Part shown: positions 37,293 to 45,829 of the stretch, piece by piece
Position numbering within the stretch: the stretch's first letter is position 1
How the letters are laid out: every line of letters begins with the position of its first letter
Source: an uncultured Bacteroidota bacterium
Lineage (GTDB): Bacteria; Bacteroidota; Bacteroidia; Bacteroidales; 4484-276
Direction: 5' to 3'
Assembly (NCBI GenBank): GCA_937950125.1
Contig: CALFEP010000082.1
Coordinates: 39,446 to 103,445 of the forward strand
Length of the DNA: 64,000 nucleotides
Notes under the pieces: generated by a model
Seen by the model: the letters and a program-made list of their open reading frames with translations, nothing else
What the model was told of the DNA's origin: nothing
Databases searched by the model: none
Translations under genes and position numbers: made by a program

Positions 37293-40200
37293 TCAGGCAC
37301 TTTCAACAATTTCAATTTCCTCCTCCGTCAATCCGTAAAGCTCATACACCAGTTGATTGATCCGGTTTTCGCAGAAATCAATTTTGCCTTTCAACAATTG
37401 TCGGTCGCTTTCGAGGGTGAGGGTGGGGAGTTGGTGATTACAATTTTCCAGTTGAGATACAAGATTGATAAGCTCTATCTGAATTCCAATCTCCTTATTA
37501 TTTTTGCTATCAATATTTTTTACAGGAAAGGGCTTTATGTATTCAGGTGTAAGTCTGTAGGCATTTCCACGAAGAGCAGTGCCTGTGTTGGAAAGAAAAA
37601 ACCAAAACAACCTCGAACCCAGCAATGCAGCGATGTATTTCATACCCAAACAGGAATACTCGTCTTTAAGAATTACACTATGAATGGCGGGCCCATGAAA
37701 AAATTCACCTTTTTCATCAACGGCAATTCTGCTTTCTACCAACAAATCGGGAATCAGAATTTTTGGTTTATTGTACCATCCAAGGCTTCTGGCAGCTGAA
37801 TATTTGTAAAAATCTTCAGTCGTAAAACTCAACTTTCGCTTTTGTAAAATTGTCCTTACTTTTTTAAAATATTCAGAAGCCAATGGAAATTCCTTTTTCA
37901 TTTTTTTGAACTCTGTTAAACAAACAGGTTCATGGGAAGAATAAGGAAAAATCAAATGCTTGTGATATTTCCCGATAGTGTATCTTCTTACATCAGAACC
38001 ATAAAGAAAAGGCCTCAGCAAAGCGGTTTCTATCTGCACCCTTTCATGGAGAATTTCTGAGTAGAAAGTCGATATCTCATTATTGCTTTCCACAACATCA
38101 ACAAGATAAACACTGTCGTTGCCGGTTGATGAACCCTTGAAGATTTTTAAACAGATGTCGTTCAGCAATAATTTGTTATGATTGATTTTCTCAAAAATCT
38201 CACTTTTTGATGAATCAACAAAATTCCATTTCCCGATAAGGCATTCAGAGTCCAGATTTTTCTTTTTTTCCGAATAAAGAAAATCAACCATATTGTTGAC
38301 TAACTCAATCTTTTGATATGAAAAAGTTTCCACTGGAATATTTGATAAAAACAACAGACAGGTGTAGGTTGTTGCATTAGTAAATACTTGGTTTGTTGTG
38401 AAATTATTGATTTGACTTACTGCCTTTTTACCTGCTAACAAGAGTCTGATAGAATTTCCATATTCAGCAGTAAAAAACTTATTTGGAAGAATCATCCCGG
38501 ACCGACCAGTACTATTGAGAATTTTTAGGGTTTTCTCAATAAATAATACATACAAATCATAATTTCCATAATTTGCACTGTGATAATACTTCTTAAAATA
38601 ATTTGTTTGGGTAGTGTTGATTGTCTGAATTCTGACGTAAGGCGGATTTCCAATCACTACATCGAAGCCGCTTTTGAATTTGGCAACCATTTCGGGTTCG
38701 CTCGCCTGGCTAACCTCTTCTTCCAATTGCGAAACATACTCCAGTGTTTTTTGGGCATGATGCTTTGCTTTTTTGGCAAGCGTCAGCAAGTTTTCTTCCT
38801 TTCCTGGCTCAACGCCATATACAGCTTTACGCCGAAACACTTCGGGAAATGCACTTACCCAATTAAATGGCTTTATCTTTTTCTCGTCGCCAAAATCGAG
38901 TTGTGTCGAATAAAAATCGGTATCGATCAGGCTGTTTCCGCTCTGGATGTTGTGATCAAGCGAAGGCAATACCCTTTCGTTGAATAATTTGAATTGCGAG
39001 TTGATGCTTGCTTCGGTTTCGCCCTCGAGGCATTTGAGCAGCAGACTGAGTTTGGTTACTTCCACGGCATTTACGTCAATATCAACGCCATAAATGTTAT
39101 TCAGAAGAATCCGTTTCTTTTCGGCAGTTGTGAGTGAACCTGTGGGAGTGAGCGGGTTGCTTTTGCTACCTTTCGATGGTTTACCGTGATTGCTGTAATA
39201 ATCTTTGTGCCAGTCTAACAGAAACTGGTAAGCGCCTAACAGAAAACTTCCGCTGCCACAGGCCGGGTCAACAATTTTTAATTCGCTTACCTCTTTGGGT
39301 GTTTTGCCTTCGACCAGCGTGCCAACGGTGTTTTTTACAATATAATCGACAATGTATTGTGGTGTGTAGTAAACTCCGCCAGCCTTACGCACTTCGGGCT
39401 TTTCTTCAATTTTGGCATGGTGTGCCGGAGTAATCCTGATAATTTTTCCAAGAAACTGTTCATAAGCTGTACCCAGAATTTCGACCGGCATAACGCCAAA
39501 TTCGTATTCGCTTTTGGGGTAGTAAAGTTCCTCAACAAGGTTTTTAATTACCTTGTTATCAATAATTAAACTGTGGCTAATCTTATCCTTGCTGAAATCG
39601 AAGAGGCCAGAGTTGTATTTTTCGTCAGCAATTTTGAATACCTGAAACAGATTTTGGTAAAAATCGCCCGACTGAATGCAGTGCTTGAGATTGTTTTCCG
39701 GTTCAATGCCCCTGTCTTCGGCAATTCTGAGAAAAATGACACGGTCGATGGTTTGCTGCACCACATAGTTAATTTCTTCTTCGGTAAGGGTTTTATTGTT
39801 CCAGCTCACTGATGTGGCCAGATAAGTGCGCCAGTTGTCCAACGATTGCAGGAATTCTTTATCAACAGTTGCCGTTCCTTTTTTGTGTGTATCGCTTTGG
39901 ACAAACCTATCGAAACTCCCTTTCAAAACCTGCTCTTTGGCAAAGGTTTCCCAAAGAAAATCGAATTTTTCGTTGTATTCGCGGAAAGTGAAATAGGCAA
40001 TCCGGCCAACGTGTGGTTTGTCGGCATTATTTGGCTTTTGGGTGCAGTCGTACACAGCAAACTCCTCAAAATCGGTAAGAATACATACCGGAAGTTTTGC
40101 ATTCCAGCCATATCGCCTGACCTGGTAAGCTGGCTGAATTTCATCTTTTATGTAAACGGCTGGTTTTTTGGCTTCCACAAAAAACAGCCGCTTTCCTCCC

Positions 40201-40457
40201 ACCAGCCTGAACGAATAATCGGGGGCTCTGTTTGATTTTCCATCCTTTACCTTGTCCTCGTGAATTACTTCGCGATAGCTTTCGGCATAGCCATTTTCGT
40301 TATCAACATCCCAGCCAAGCGCCTTAAAAAATGGGTCAATAAAATCGCGGCGGGTAAGGGTTTCGTTGTAGTCTGATTTTTTGTAAGATTCGTACTGCTC
40401 ACCAAAGCGTTTGACGAGTTCAGAAACTTTTTGAAAAGCTGCTTCCTTGTTTGTCAT
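37293..40457 (-). CDS. Single-chain type IIG restriction-modification enzyme (PD-ExK nuclease + gamma-class N6-adenine methyltransferase + TaqI-like C-terminal specificity domain)
   Basis: N-terminus 'NRAPDYSFRLVGGKRLFFVEAKKP' carries the nuclease motif (PD...E-A-K). MTase motif I is 'IVDPACGSGSFLLGAY' and motif IV is 'VVIGNPPYVRIQ'. The TaqI_C-like block is 'LLRPFLYGSDVRRYTIGKYHKHLIFPYS'. ATG start. Confidence 0.85.
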   Translation of the reverse strand: MTNKEAAFQKVSELVKRFGEQYESYKKSDYNETLTRRDFIDPFFKALGWDVDNENGYAESYREVIHEDKVKDGKSNRAPDYSFRLVGGKRLFFVEAKKPAVYIKDEIQPAYQVRRYGWNAKLPVCILTDFEEFAVYDCTQKPNNADKPHVGRIAYFTFREYNEKFDFLWETFAKEQVLKGSFDRFVQSDTHKKGTATVDKEFLQSLDNWRTYLATSVSWNNKTLTEEEINYVVQQTIDRVIFLRIAEDRGIEPENNLKHCIQSGDFYQNLFQVFKIADEKYNSGLFDFSKDKISHSLIIDNKVIKNLVEELYYPKSEYEFGVMPVEILGTAYEQFLGKIIRITPAHHAKIEEKPEVRKAGGVYYTPQYIVDYIVKNTVGTLVEGKTPKEVSELKIVDPACGSGSFLLGAYQFLLDWHKDYYSNHGKPSKGSKSNPLTPTGSLTTAEKKRILLNNIYGVDIDVNAVEVTKLSLLLKCLEGETEASINSQFKLFNERVLPSLDHNIQSGNSLIDTDFYSTQLDFGDEKKIKPFNWVSAFPEVFRRKAVYGVEPGKEENLLTLAKKAKHHAQKTLEYVSQLEEEVSQASEPEMVAKFKSGFDVVIGNPPYVRIQTINTTQTNYFKKYYHSANYGNYDLYVLFIEKTLKILNSTGRSGMILPNKFFTAEYGNSIRLLLAGKKAVSQINNFTTNQVFTNATTYTCLLFLSNIPVETFSYQKIELVNNMVDFLYSEKKKNLDSECLIGKWNFVDSSKSEIFEKINHNKLLLNDICLKIFKGSSTGNDSVYLVDVVESNNEISTFYSEILHERVQIETALLRPFLYGSDVRRYTIGKYHKHLIFPYSSHEPVCLTEFKKMKKEFPLASEYFKKVRTILQKRKLSFTTEDFYKYSAARSLGWYNKPKILIPDLLVESRIAVDEKGEFFHGPAIHSVILKDEYSCLGMKYIAALLGSRLFWFFLSNTGTALRGNAYRLTPEYIKPFPVKNIDSKNNKEIGIQIELINLVSQLENCNHQLPTLTLESDRQLLKGKIDFCENRINQLVYELYGLTEEEIEIVESA

Positions 40458-40487
40458 ATAATTTGTTTTGCATAAATAGGCACTTAT

Positions 40488-40506
40488 CCGATGCTTTAAA
40501 CATCGG
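40488..40506 (-). promoter_or_regulatory. Small stem-loop between the wzm stop and the RM gene start
   Basis: CCGATG-ctttaaa-CATCGG (6 bp stem, 7 nt loop) within the 56-nt spacer. No U-tract follows, so it is unlikely to be a strong terminator. Confidence 0.2.
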
Positions 40507-40513
40507 GCAGATG

Positions 40514-41335
40514 TTACAACTCATCCCCAAACCCCGGTCGAAGCCGGGTGAAGGTATAGATTCCAAGAACAAAAAGCAAAATACTGATCATCCAAAAAAA
40601 CACATTCATTTCGGGAAACTCAAAAAACCAGCGGCGTTCAACCAGGGCGTAACGGTAACCCTCGGTGATGTAAAAAAACGGATTGAGCAGTGCGATAAAC
40701 CGAAGTTTGCTGTCACTTATCATCGTGTAGGGCCAAATGATGGGCGTTGCCCAAAACAAGATGGTGGTAAAAATATTAACAATGTGTGCCATGTCTTTGA
40801 TGAAAACATTGATGGAAGAAACAAACCATCCTATTCCCGACAACAAGAAAATGGTTGCAAACAGGTAATAAAAAATCTGTATCCAATAAATGGATGGGGC
40901 AATGTTGAAGCTAAACATCAGCAAAAGCAAAATACATCCCATCATCACCGCATGAACAATCATTCCCGAAAAAATTTTAATAATGGGGATAAGCATTACA
41001 GGAAATTGTGTTTTTTTTATCAGGTAGCCATATTCAGTAATGGCCATACACGAAACGATGATGGTCTGGCTGATGAAAAGCCAGGGAATAAGTCCGGCAA
41101 TGAGCCAGGCGCCATAGTGTATGCCCGATGATGTATATCCTGAGCGCAATCCATAGGTAAAGGCAAACCAAACCACCAAAACATACACTGCAGGTTGTAC
41201 AAAAGCCCATGGCAACCCAATGTAGGATGAAAGGTATCTGCTTTGAAAATCGCGCCAGATTAGGGTTTTCATCAGGAAGCGATTGGTAAACAAGGCCTTT
41301 ATTACTTCAAAAATATCTTTGTAAAATTTTTTCAT
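40514..41335 (-). CDS. wzm: ABC-2 type polysaccharide export permease (Wzm/TagG-like)
   Basis: 273 aa with six predicted TM helices. N-terminal 'LIWRDFQSRYLSSYIGLPWAFVQP' is typical of the ABC-2 glycan exporter family. Directly downstream of the ATPase gene. Confidence 0.9.
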   Translation of the reverse strand: MKKFYKDIFEVIKALFTNRFLMKTLIWRDFQSRYLSSYIGLPWAFVQPAVYVLVVWFAFTYGLRSGYTSSGIHYGAWLIAGLIPWLFISQTIIVSCMAITEYGYLIKKTQFPVMLIPIIKIFSGMIVHAVMMGCILLLLMFSFNIAPSIYWIQIFYYLFATIFLLSGIGWFVSSINVFIKDMAHIVNIFTTILFWATPIIWPYTMISDSKLRFIALLNPFFYITEGYRYALVERRWFFEFPEMNVFFWMISILLFVLGIYTFTRLRPGFGDEL

Positions 41336-41350
41336 TTACTGAATAGCGAA

Positions 41351-42667
41351 TTAATGGGTTAAAACACTGCCCGGTTCCAGGTTAAAAACCCGTGCATCGG
41401 GTATAACAATCTGAGTACCCATGTTGTAAACCGGCTTTGGAATATCAACCGATACGATTAACCCATCCTCCTGGGTGTAAATAAATTCGATATGGCCCTT
41501 GTTCAACTGTGTTATGGCCAGCGAAATGGTGTAATTTCCATTGGCAAGGTTTGGAAAAATAAATTCGGTGACAATGATGTTGGGCTCATCTTTCTTCAAG
41601 GTAATGGTCTGCCCGTAATGATGGGTATTGATTTTGAACAGTTCGGTGCTGAAGTGACCGTTCATGGTTAACTGAAATCCTGGCTGGACAACATTTTCAT
41701 GAGCCATGACCAGACACAAAACAAATACTTTCTGCCCTCCTCTGGCCTTTGTAATCGATTGTCGGGTATCAGCATCCACAATTGTTGCATGATAAATCTG
41801 CACCTGTCCATCGCCTTTCCACTGAAAATTGTCCAAATCAATCCAATTCAAACCTGCAAACAATGGTAATGATAAAATGCTGCTAAAGCCGTTTTTTGCT
41901 ACCGTTCCTGCTTTTTCCCTTGTGGTGTTGGTTTGCACCATAAAAGCCTGGTAACTGTCAGTTACTGTAACCGGGTTACCATCGGCCACAATTTCGCCTT
42001 TGTTTATCCAGATGGCACGTGTACAAAAGTCTTTAACAGCGCTCAGGCTATGGCTGCAAAACACAATGGTTTTGCCCGACTCCTTTATTTCTTTGATCTT
42101 GCGATAGCATTTCTGCTGAAAACGCATATCACCGACCGAAAGCGCCTCGTCGATGATCAGTATATCGGGATTGATGTTGATGTTCATCGAAAAGGCCAAA
42201 CGCACATACATTCCGCTCGAATAGCTTTTTACCGGCTGCCAGGCATACTCGCCGATGTCGGCAAAATCGAGTATGGCCCGCACACGTTCTTTCATATCCT
42301 TTTTACGAAAACCCTGCAAAGCTCCAATAAAAAAAATATTTTCCACACCCGTCATCTCTTCATTAAAACCACCTCCAAGTTCTAGCAGTGCTGTAACCCG
42401 GCCGTTGCATTTGTAAAATCCGGATGTGGGCGAAACTACCGAAGCCAGAATCTTCAGTAAGGTGGACTTGCCGCTGCCGTTGTGCCCTACCACACCAAGC
42501 ACCTCACCCTTTTCAACGGTAAAACTGACATTGTTGAGCGCATGATGCCAGGTGTGATATTTTTTACGCAAGGGATGAAAAAACTCCTTCATCCGGTCGC
42601 GGTGCGATTGATACAGCCGATAAGTTTTTGAGAGTGAATTAACTACTATTACTGATTCTGCCTGCAT
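41351..42667 (-). CDS. wzt: Polysaccharide ABC transporter ATP-binding protein with C-terminal carbohydrate-binding-type extension (Wzt-like)
   Basis: Walker A 'GVVGHNGSGKSTLLKIL', signature 'YSSGMYVRLAFS' and Walker B 'ILIIDEALSVGD'. An additional C-terminal domain of about 190 aa follows ('...VQIYHATIVDADTRQ...LANGNYTISLAI...'), as in Wzt proteins that recognise capped glycan termini. Confidence 0.9.
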   Translation of the reverse strand: MQAESVIVVNSLSKTYRLYQSHRDRMKEFFHPLRKKYHTWHHALNNVSFTVEKGEVLGVVGHNGSGKSTLLKILASVVSPTSGFYKCNGRVTALLELGGGFNEEMTGVENIFFIGALQGFRKKDMKERVRAILDFADIGEYAWQPVKSYSSGMYVRLAFSMNININPDILIIDEALSVGDMRFQQKCYRKIKEIKESGKTIVFCSHSLSAVKDFCTRAIWINKGEIVADGNPVTVTDSYQAFMVQTNTTREKAGTVAKNGFSSILSLPLFAGLNWIDLDNFQWKGDGQVQIYHATIVDADTRQSITKARGGQKVFVLCLVMAHENVVQPGFQLTMNGHFSTELFKINTHHYGQTITLKKDEPNIIVTEFIFPNLANGNYTISLAITQLNKGHIEFIYTQEDGLIVSVDIPKPVYNMGTQIVIPDARVFNLEPGSVLTH

Positions 42668-42717
42668 TTAAGAAACATTAGTTATACCTTTTAAGCGCAG
42701 CAAAGCTATTGAGATTT

Positions 42718-44094
42718 TTAGTTTTTTCCTGGGAAATTATCCTGTTTATCTGCGGTATGGTATAAATTCAGCTCATGTTTTTTCAGATAATCCAACACAT
42801 CCTGAATACTCGCATTATTAGGATGAACCCTGAAATGGCAAACCGAATCTGCTTTGTCAGCATCTTCGTACTTCAGATAGTTGTATTTCCAGTTTGATTT
42901 CATCGCATACCAGGCCTCCATGTCTTTCACCGATTTTACGGATGAGAGTTGCATAAAAATGATGAAAATAAAAAATACCGGAATCAGGAGTGATTTCTTG
43001 GGTAAACTCAGACTATTCAGATAAAAATAAACGCCAATGATTGATGGAACAAGGTAAACCATGTAACGGGAAGACCCAGCAAATTCAAAACCTAAACGAA
43101 GCCTTCCGAACGCCAGATTTACCACAAAAAGCAGTGAGTAAGCCACAAGAATAAACGACATTTTACTCATCAGTACCTGCTTTTCGTCCTGATTGGTTCT
43201 TGAGTATATTCCTATCAGGCTCTTTATCAAAACAAAAACAACAACAGAAAAAACCATGAATCCAAAAACAAATGGCAACATTCCGATATGCTTAAAACCG
43301 AAGAAACCAGCATAACTGTGTGATATGTATTGCAAGTATTGCCAGGGTTTGCTCCACAAGATCAAAATGTGAACACTCGCATAATCCGTTTTGTAGCCTT
43401 TAAAAAACAAGACCAAAGTGAAAACAGCAATCAGGAAAGAAACAAAGCCGATAAAACCGGACTTTTTTCGGCCACAGGTGAAATCAATAATGGTTTCTGA
43501 CGCAAACAGCATTATCGTGACCAACCCCATAAAAAATCCAAAGGCCGACCAAACAAGGTTCAGATTTAAGAAAAGCAAAAGGATATTCCGTAAAAGCCGG
43601 GATTTCACGAAAAGTGTAAGACAAATCAACGATACCAATATTGCAGGCACCCCACTGTACGACAAAAATGGGGTTATGTTCAGTACTTCATACTGGGTAA
43701 ATGACAAAACAATGACCGGAATGACAACATCAAAAAAATTGATGTTTCTGAATAACCTGTATTTCACAAAAAGGTAAACCAAAAAACTCAGAAAAATTAA
43801 AAAAGCTATTACAATCGAAATCCAGTTTGAATTCCAGCCGCTTAATGCATTAAGCCATCCGGTAATGACCAGACCGATGCCCATCCGGTGTGGCCCAAAC
43901 TGAAAATGAAACTGCTTTAGCAAGGTGTAATCCCAAATAAAAACCCGGTGAAAATCCCAGGCATCTGAAAAAAGCAGGTTTACACTGTATTTTTTAACAA
44001 AATAGAACCAGCAGGCAGCGATACAAACAGAGGCCAACGCCGCCCCAACAGTAAAATATTTACTGTCAACAATTTTTTGATACAATTTTTTCAT
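42718..44094 (-). CDS. Polytopic membrane protein, paralog C of the unassigned family
   Basis: 'KKYSVNLLFSDAWDF', 'FQFGPHRMGIG', 'FGRLRLGFEFAGSSRYMVY' and 'VLDYLKKHELNLY' are colinear with paralog A (16587..17978). Confidence 0.8.
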   Translation of the reverse strand: MKKLYQKIVDSKYFTVGAALASVCIAACWFYFVKKYSVNLLFSDAWDFHRVFIWDYTLLKQFHFQFGPHRMGIGLVITGWLNALSGWNSNWISIVIAFLIFLSFLVYLFVKYRLFRNINFFDVVIPVIVLSFTQYEVLNITPFLSYSGVPAILVSLICLTLFVKSRLLRNILLLFLNLNLVWSAFGFFMGLVTIMLFASETIIDFTCGRKKSGFIGFVSFLIAVFTLVLFFKGYKTDYASVHILILWSKPWQYLQYISHSYAGFFGFKHIGMLPFVFGFMVFSVVVFVLIKSLIGIYSRTNQDEKQVLMSKMSFILVAYSLLFVVNLAFGRLRLGFEFAGSSRYMVYLVPSIIGVYFYLNSLSLPKKSLLIPVFFIFIIFMQLSSVKSVKDMEAWYAMKSNWKYNYLKYEDADKADSVCHFRVHPNNASIQDVLDYLKKHELNLYHTADKQDNFPGKN

Positions 44095-44336
44095 GTGTTA
44101 GTTATAAATGAGTCCAGTCTATGCAGGTCAAATTTTAGATTTTGCCACAAAAACTCTAAAATTCTAAACAGCACAAAACAATGTATTTCAACATATTAAA
44201 ATTATAAAAATTTATGATTTTGTATTACTTCGTCAAGCTCAGTTCAGGCTTGGTGGCGAAAAATTAGTTTTTAGGCTGAGCACATAAATTGAAAATTCTT
44301 TTTTACGTGTTCTTCCCTACTCAATAAAATTCCTTT

Positions 44337-45089
44337 TCAGGAAGATTTCTGGATTTTTAGGGTGATAAACATGGCGAACTGGGGTGAGATGCGGCAAAGC
44401 AGGTTATCAATAAACAAAAAGGGTTTGAAAAGAAATCCCGGAACCATTTGCCTGAACGAAACTCCGCCACTCAAAAGGTAAAGAAAGGATGTGTGAAATT
44501 TCGGACTTTCGATGGTTAAACCCGGAAATGTGGATTCAAACCGTTCTCTGTCCCTGAAAAATACAATCCACGGCAACGCACAATTAGAATTACTCAGAGG
44601 ATTTCCTTCAGGAAATTCCCACCCCCCGTTCACATCATGGTTTTCGTGATGAAGTTTGGCATAAATAAACCTTCCCCAAATGGTATTGGCGGGTTCGGTC
44701 ATCACAATAACCCCATCTTTTCCGAGCACCCTGCAGGCTTCATGCAAAAAACCCGCAGAATCGGGGATATGATGAAAAACATTAACCATGCAGATCCCCT
44801 GCAGTGAATTTGCATCAAAAGGCAGCGCCTGTGCCGGAAAGCATTGATCCACACCTTCGATGGGCTGGATGTCGGAGGTAATTATGTCCGGCAATACTTC
44901 TTTTATAAAACCGCCTCCTGACCCAATTTCCAACAAGCCACCCTGTTTTTTTCCGGCAAACTCGCGGGCAATCTGATGATACCATTGAAGGTAAATTTTT
45001 TTTAGAAATGGTTTTGACCTGATGATCTTTCTGTGTATCAGGGTTCTTTCCACTGAATCAAGCGGAACTTCGAATTTGTATCCTAACAT
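44337..45089 (-). CDS. Class I SAM-dependent methyltransferase
   Basis: 'LLEIGSGGGFIKEVL' (motif I), 'ICMVNVFHHIPD' and 'GVIVMTEP'. Overlaps the upstream methyltransferase gene by 7 nt. Confidence 0.8.
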   Translation of the reverse strand: MLGYKFEVPLDSVERTLIHRKIIRSKPFLKKIYLQWYHQIAREFAGKKQGGLLEIGSGGGFIKEVLPDIITSDIQPIEGVDQCFPAQALPFDANSLQGICMVNVFHHIPDSAGFLHEACRVLGKDGVIVMTEPANTIWGRFIYAKLHHENHDVNGGWEFPEGNPLSNSNCALPWIVFFRDRERFESTFPGLTIESPKFHTSFLYLLSGGVSFRQMVPGFLFKPFLFIDNLLCRISPQFAMFITLKIQKSS

Positions 45090-45829
45090 TTGATTTTGAT
45101 AGCTTTGATAAACAATGACCCGGCGATCTCACGCAGGACCGGTATTTTTTCCAAATTAATGAGAAACGATGCTGAATATCTTGCAACCAATCCGGGAATA
45201 AAAGGGTGCATAAAATCGAATGGTTGGATGTGCACCTGCTCAAAACCGCCCTTCATCAGTTGTTTCTTTAATTTCCATCTGATAAAAGCCGTTTCATCTG
45301 GCGAATCGCCCATTTTTCTTTTCAGGTATGGCCAGTTTTTCTGAAGGGCTATCTGAGGATTTACCATGTTTGGCTCAGTAAAAACAAGTTTTCCGCCAGG
45401 GTTTAAAACCCTGTTAAACTCTCTGATAGCCAAATCAACATCAAGGTGATGAAATACGGATGAGCCAATCAGGATATCAAATGAATGATCCGGGAAAGTC
45501 ATGCTGCAGGCATTCTCCAACCGAAAATCGATACCATTCTCATCATTGTTTTTCCGGGCAATTTCGATCAGGCTTTCCGAAACATCAATGGCTGTAAGGT
45601 GCACATCCATTTTGCTGATTTCAGCGGAGAGCAGGCCGGTACCACATCCAATTTCCAATACTTTCGACCCTGCAGAAATTTCGCTCAAAAGAAAATTTTT
45701 CCTTCGCTGCCACCTGATTTGTCCCGCAGGAGAATCCCAATTCCATATTTTCTGAGGATGGTTGGATGCAAGGAACTGTCCATGATGCTTTTCCCTGTCA
45801 ATTCTTTGATTTAAAGGAATTTTACTCAT
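45083..45829 (-). CDS. Class I SAM-dependent methyltransferase
   Basis: 'VLEIGCGTGLLSAEISK', 'ILIGSSVFHHL' and 'GGKLVFTEPN'. The ATG abuts the stop of the upstream gene (45830). Confidence 0.85.
   Translation of the reverse strand: MSKIPLNQRIDREKHHGQFLASNHPQKIWNWDSPAGQIRWQRRKNFLLSEISAGSKVLEIGCGTGLLSAEISKMDVHLTAIDVSESLIEIARKNNDENGIDFRLENACSMTFPDHSFDILIGSSVFHHLDVDLAIREFNRVLNPGGKLVFTEPNMVNPQIALQKNWPYLKRKMGDSPDETAFIRWKLKKQLMKGGFEQVHIQPFDFMHPFIPGLVARYSASFLINLEKIPVLREIAGSLFIKAIKIKC

Noticed and set aside
37293-40457. Whether the methyltransferase-nuclease gene is part of a multi-gene defence system such as BREX (PglX-like), DISARM or type I RM.
   Set aside because: I saw no pglZ, brxC, drmA, hsdS or hsdR-like partners anywhere in the window. 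The protein has its own PD-ExK nuclease and specificity domain, which fits a self-contained type IIG enzyme.
44095-44336. Promoter or terminator signals in the 242-nt spacer upstream of paralog C (and in 26923..27217).
   Set aside because: I searched for CAAAnnTA on the plus strand (TAnnTTTG on the coding strand) and found only off-by-one matches. The only inverted repeat (GCTCAG...CTGAGC) has a loop of about 24 nt. These spacers may still hold internal promoters, but I cannot support a specific site.
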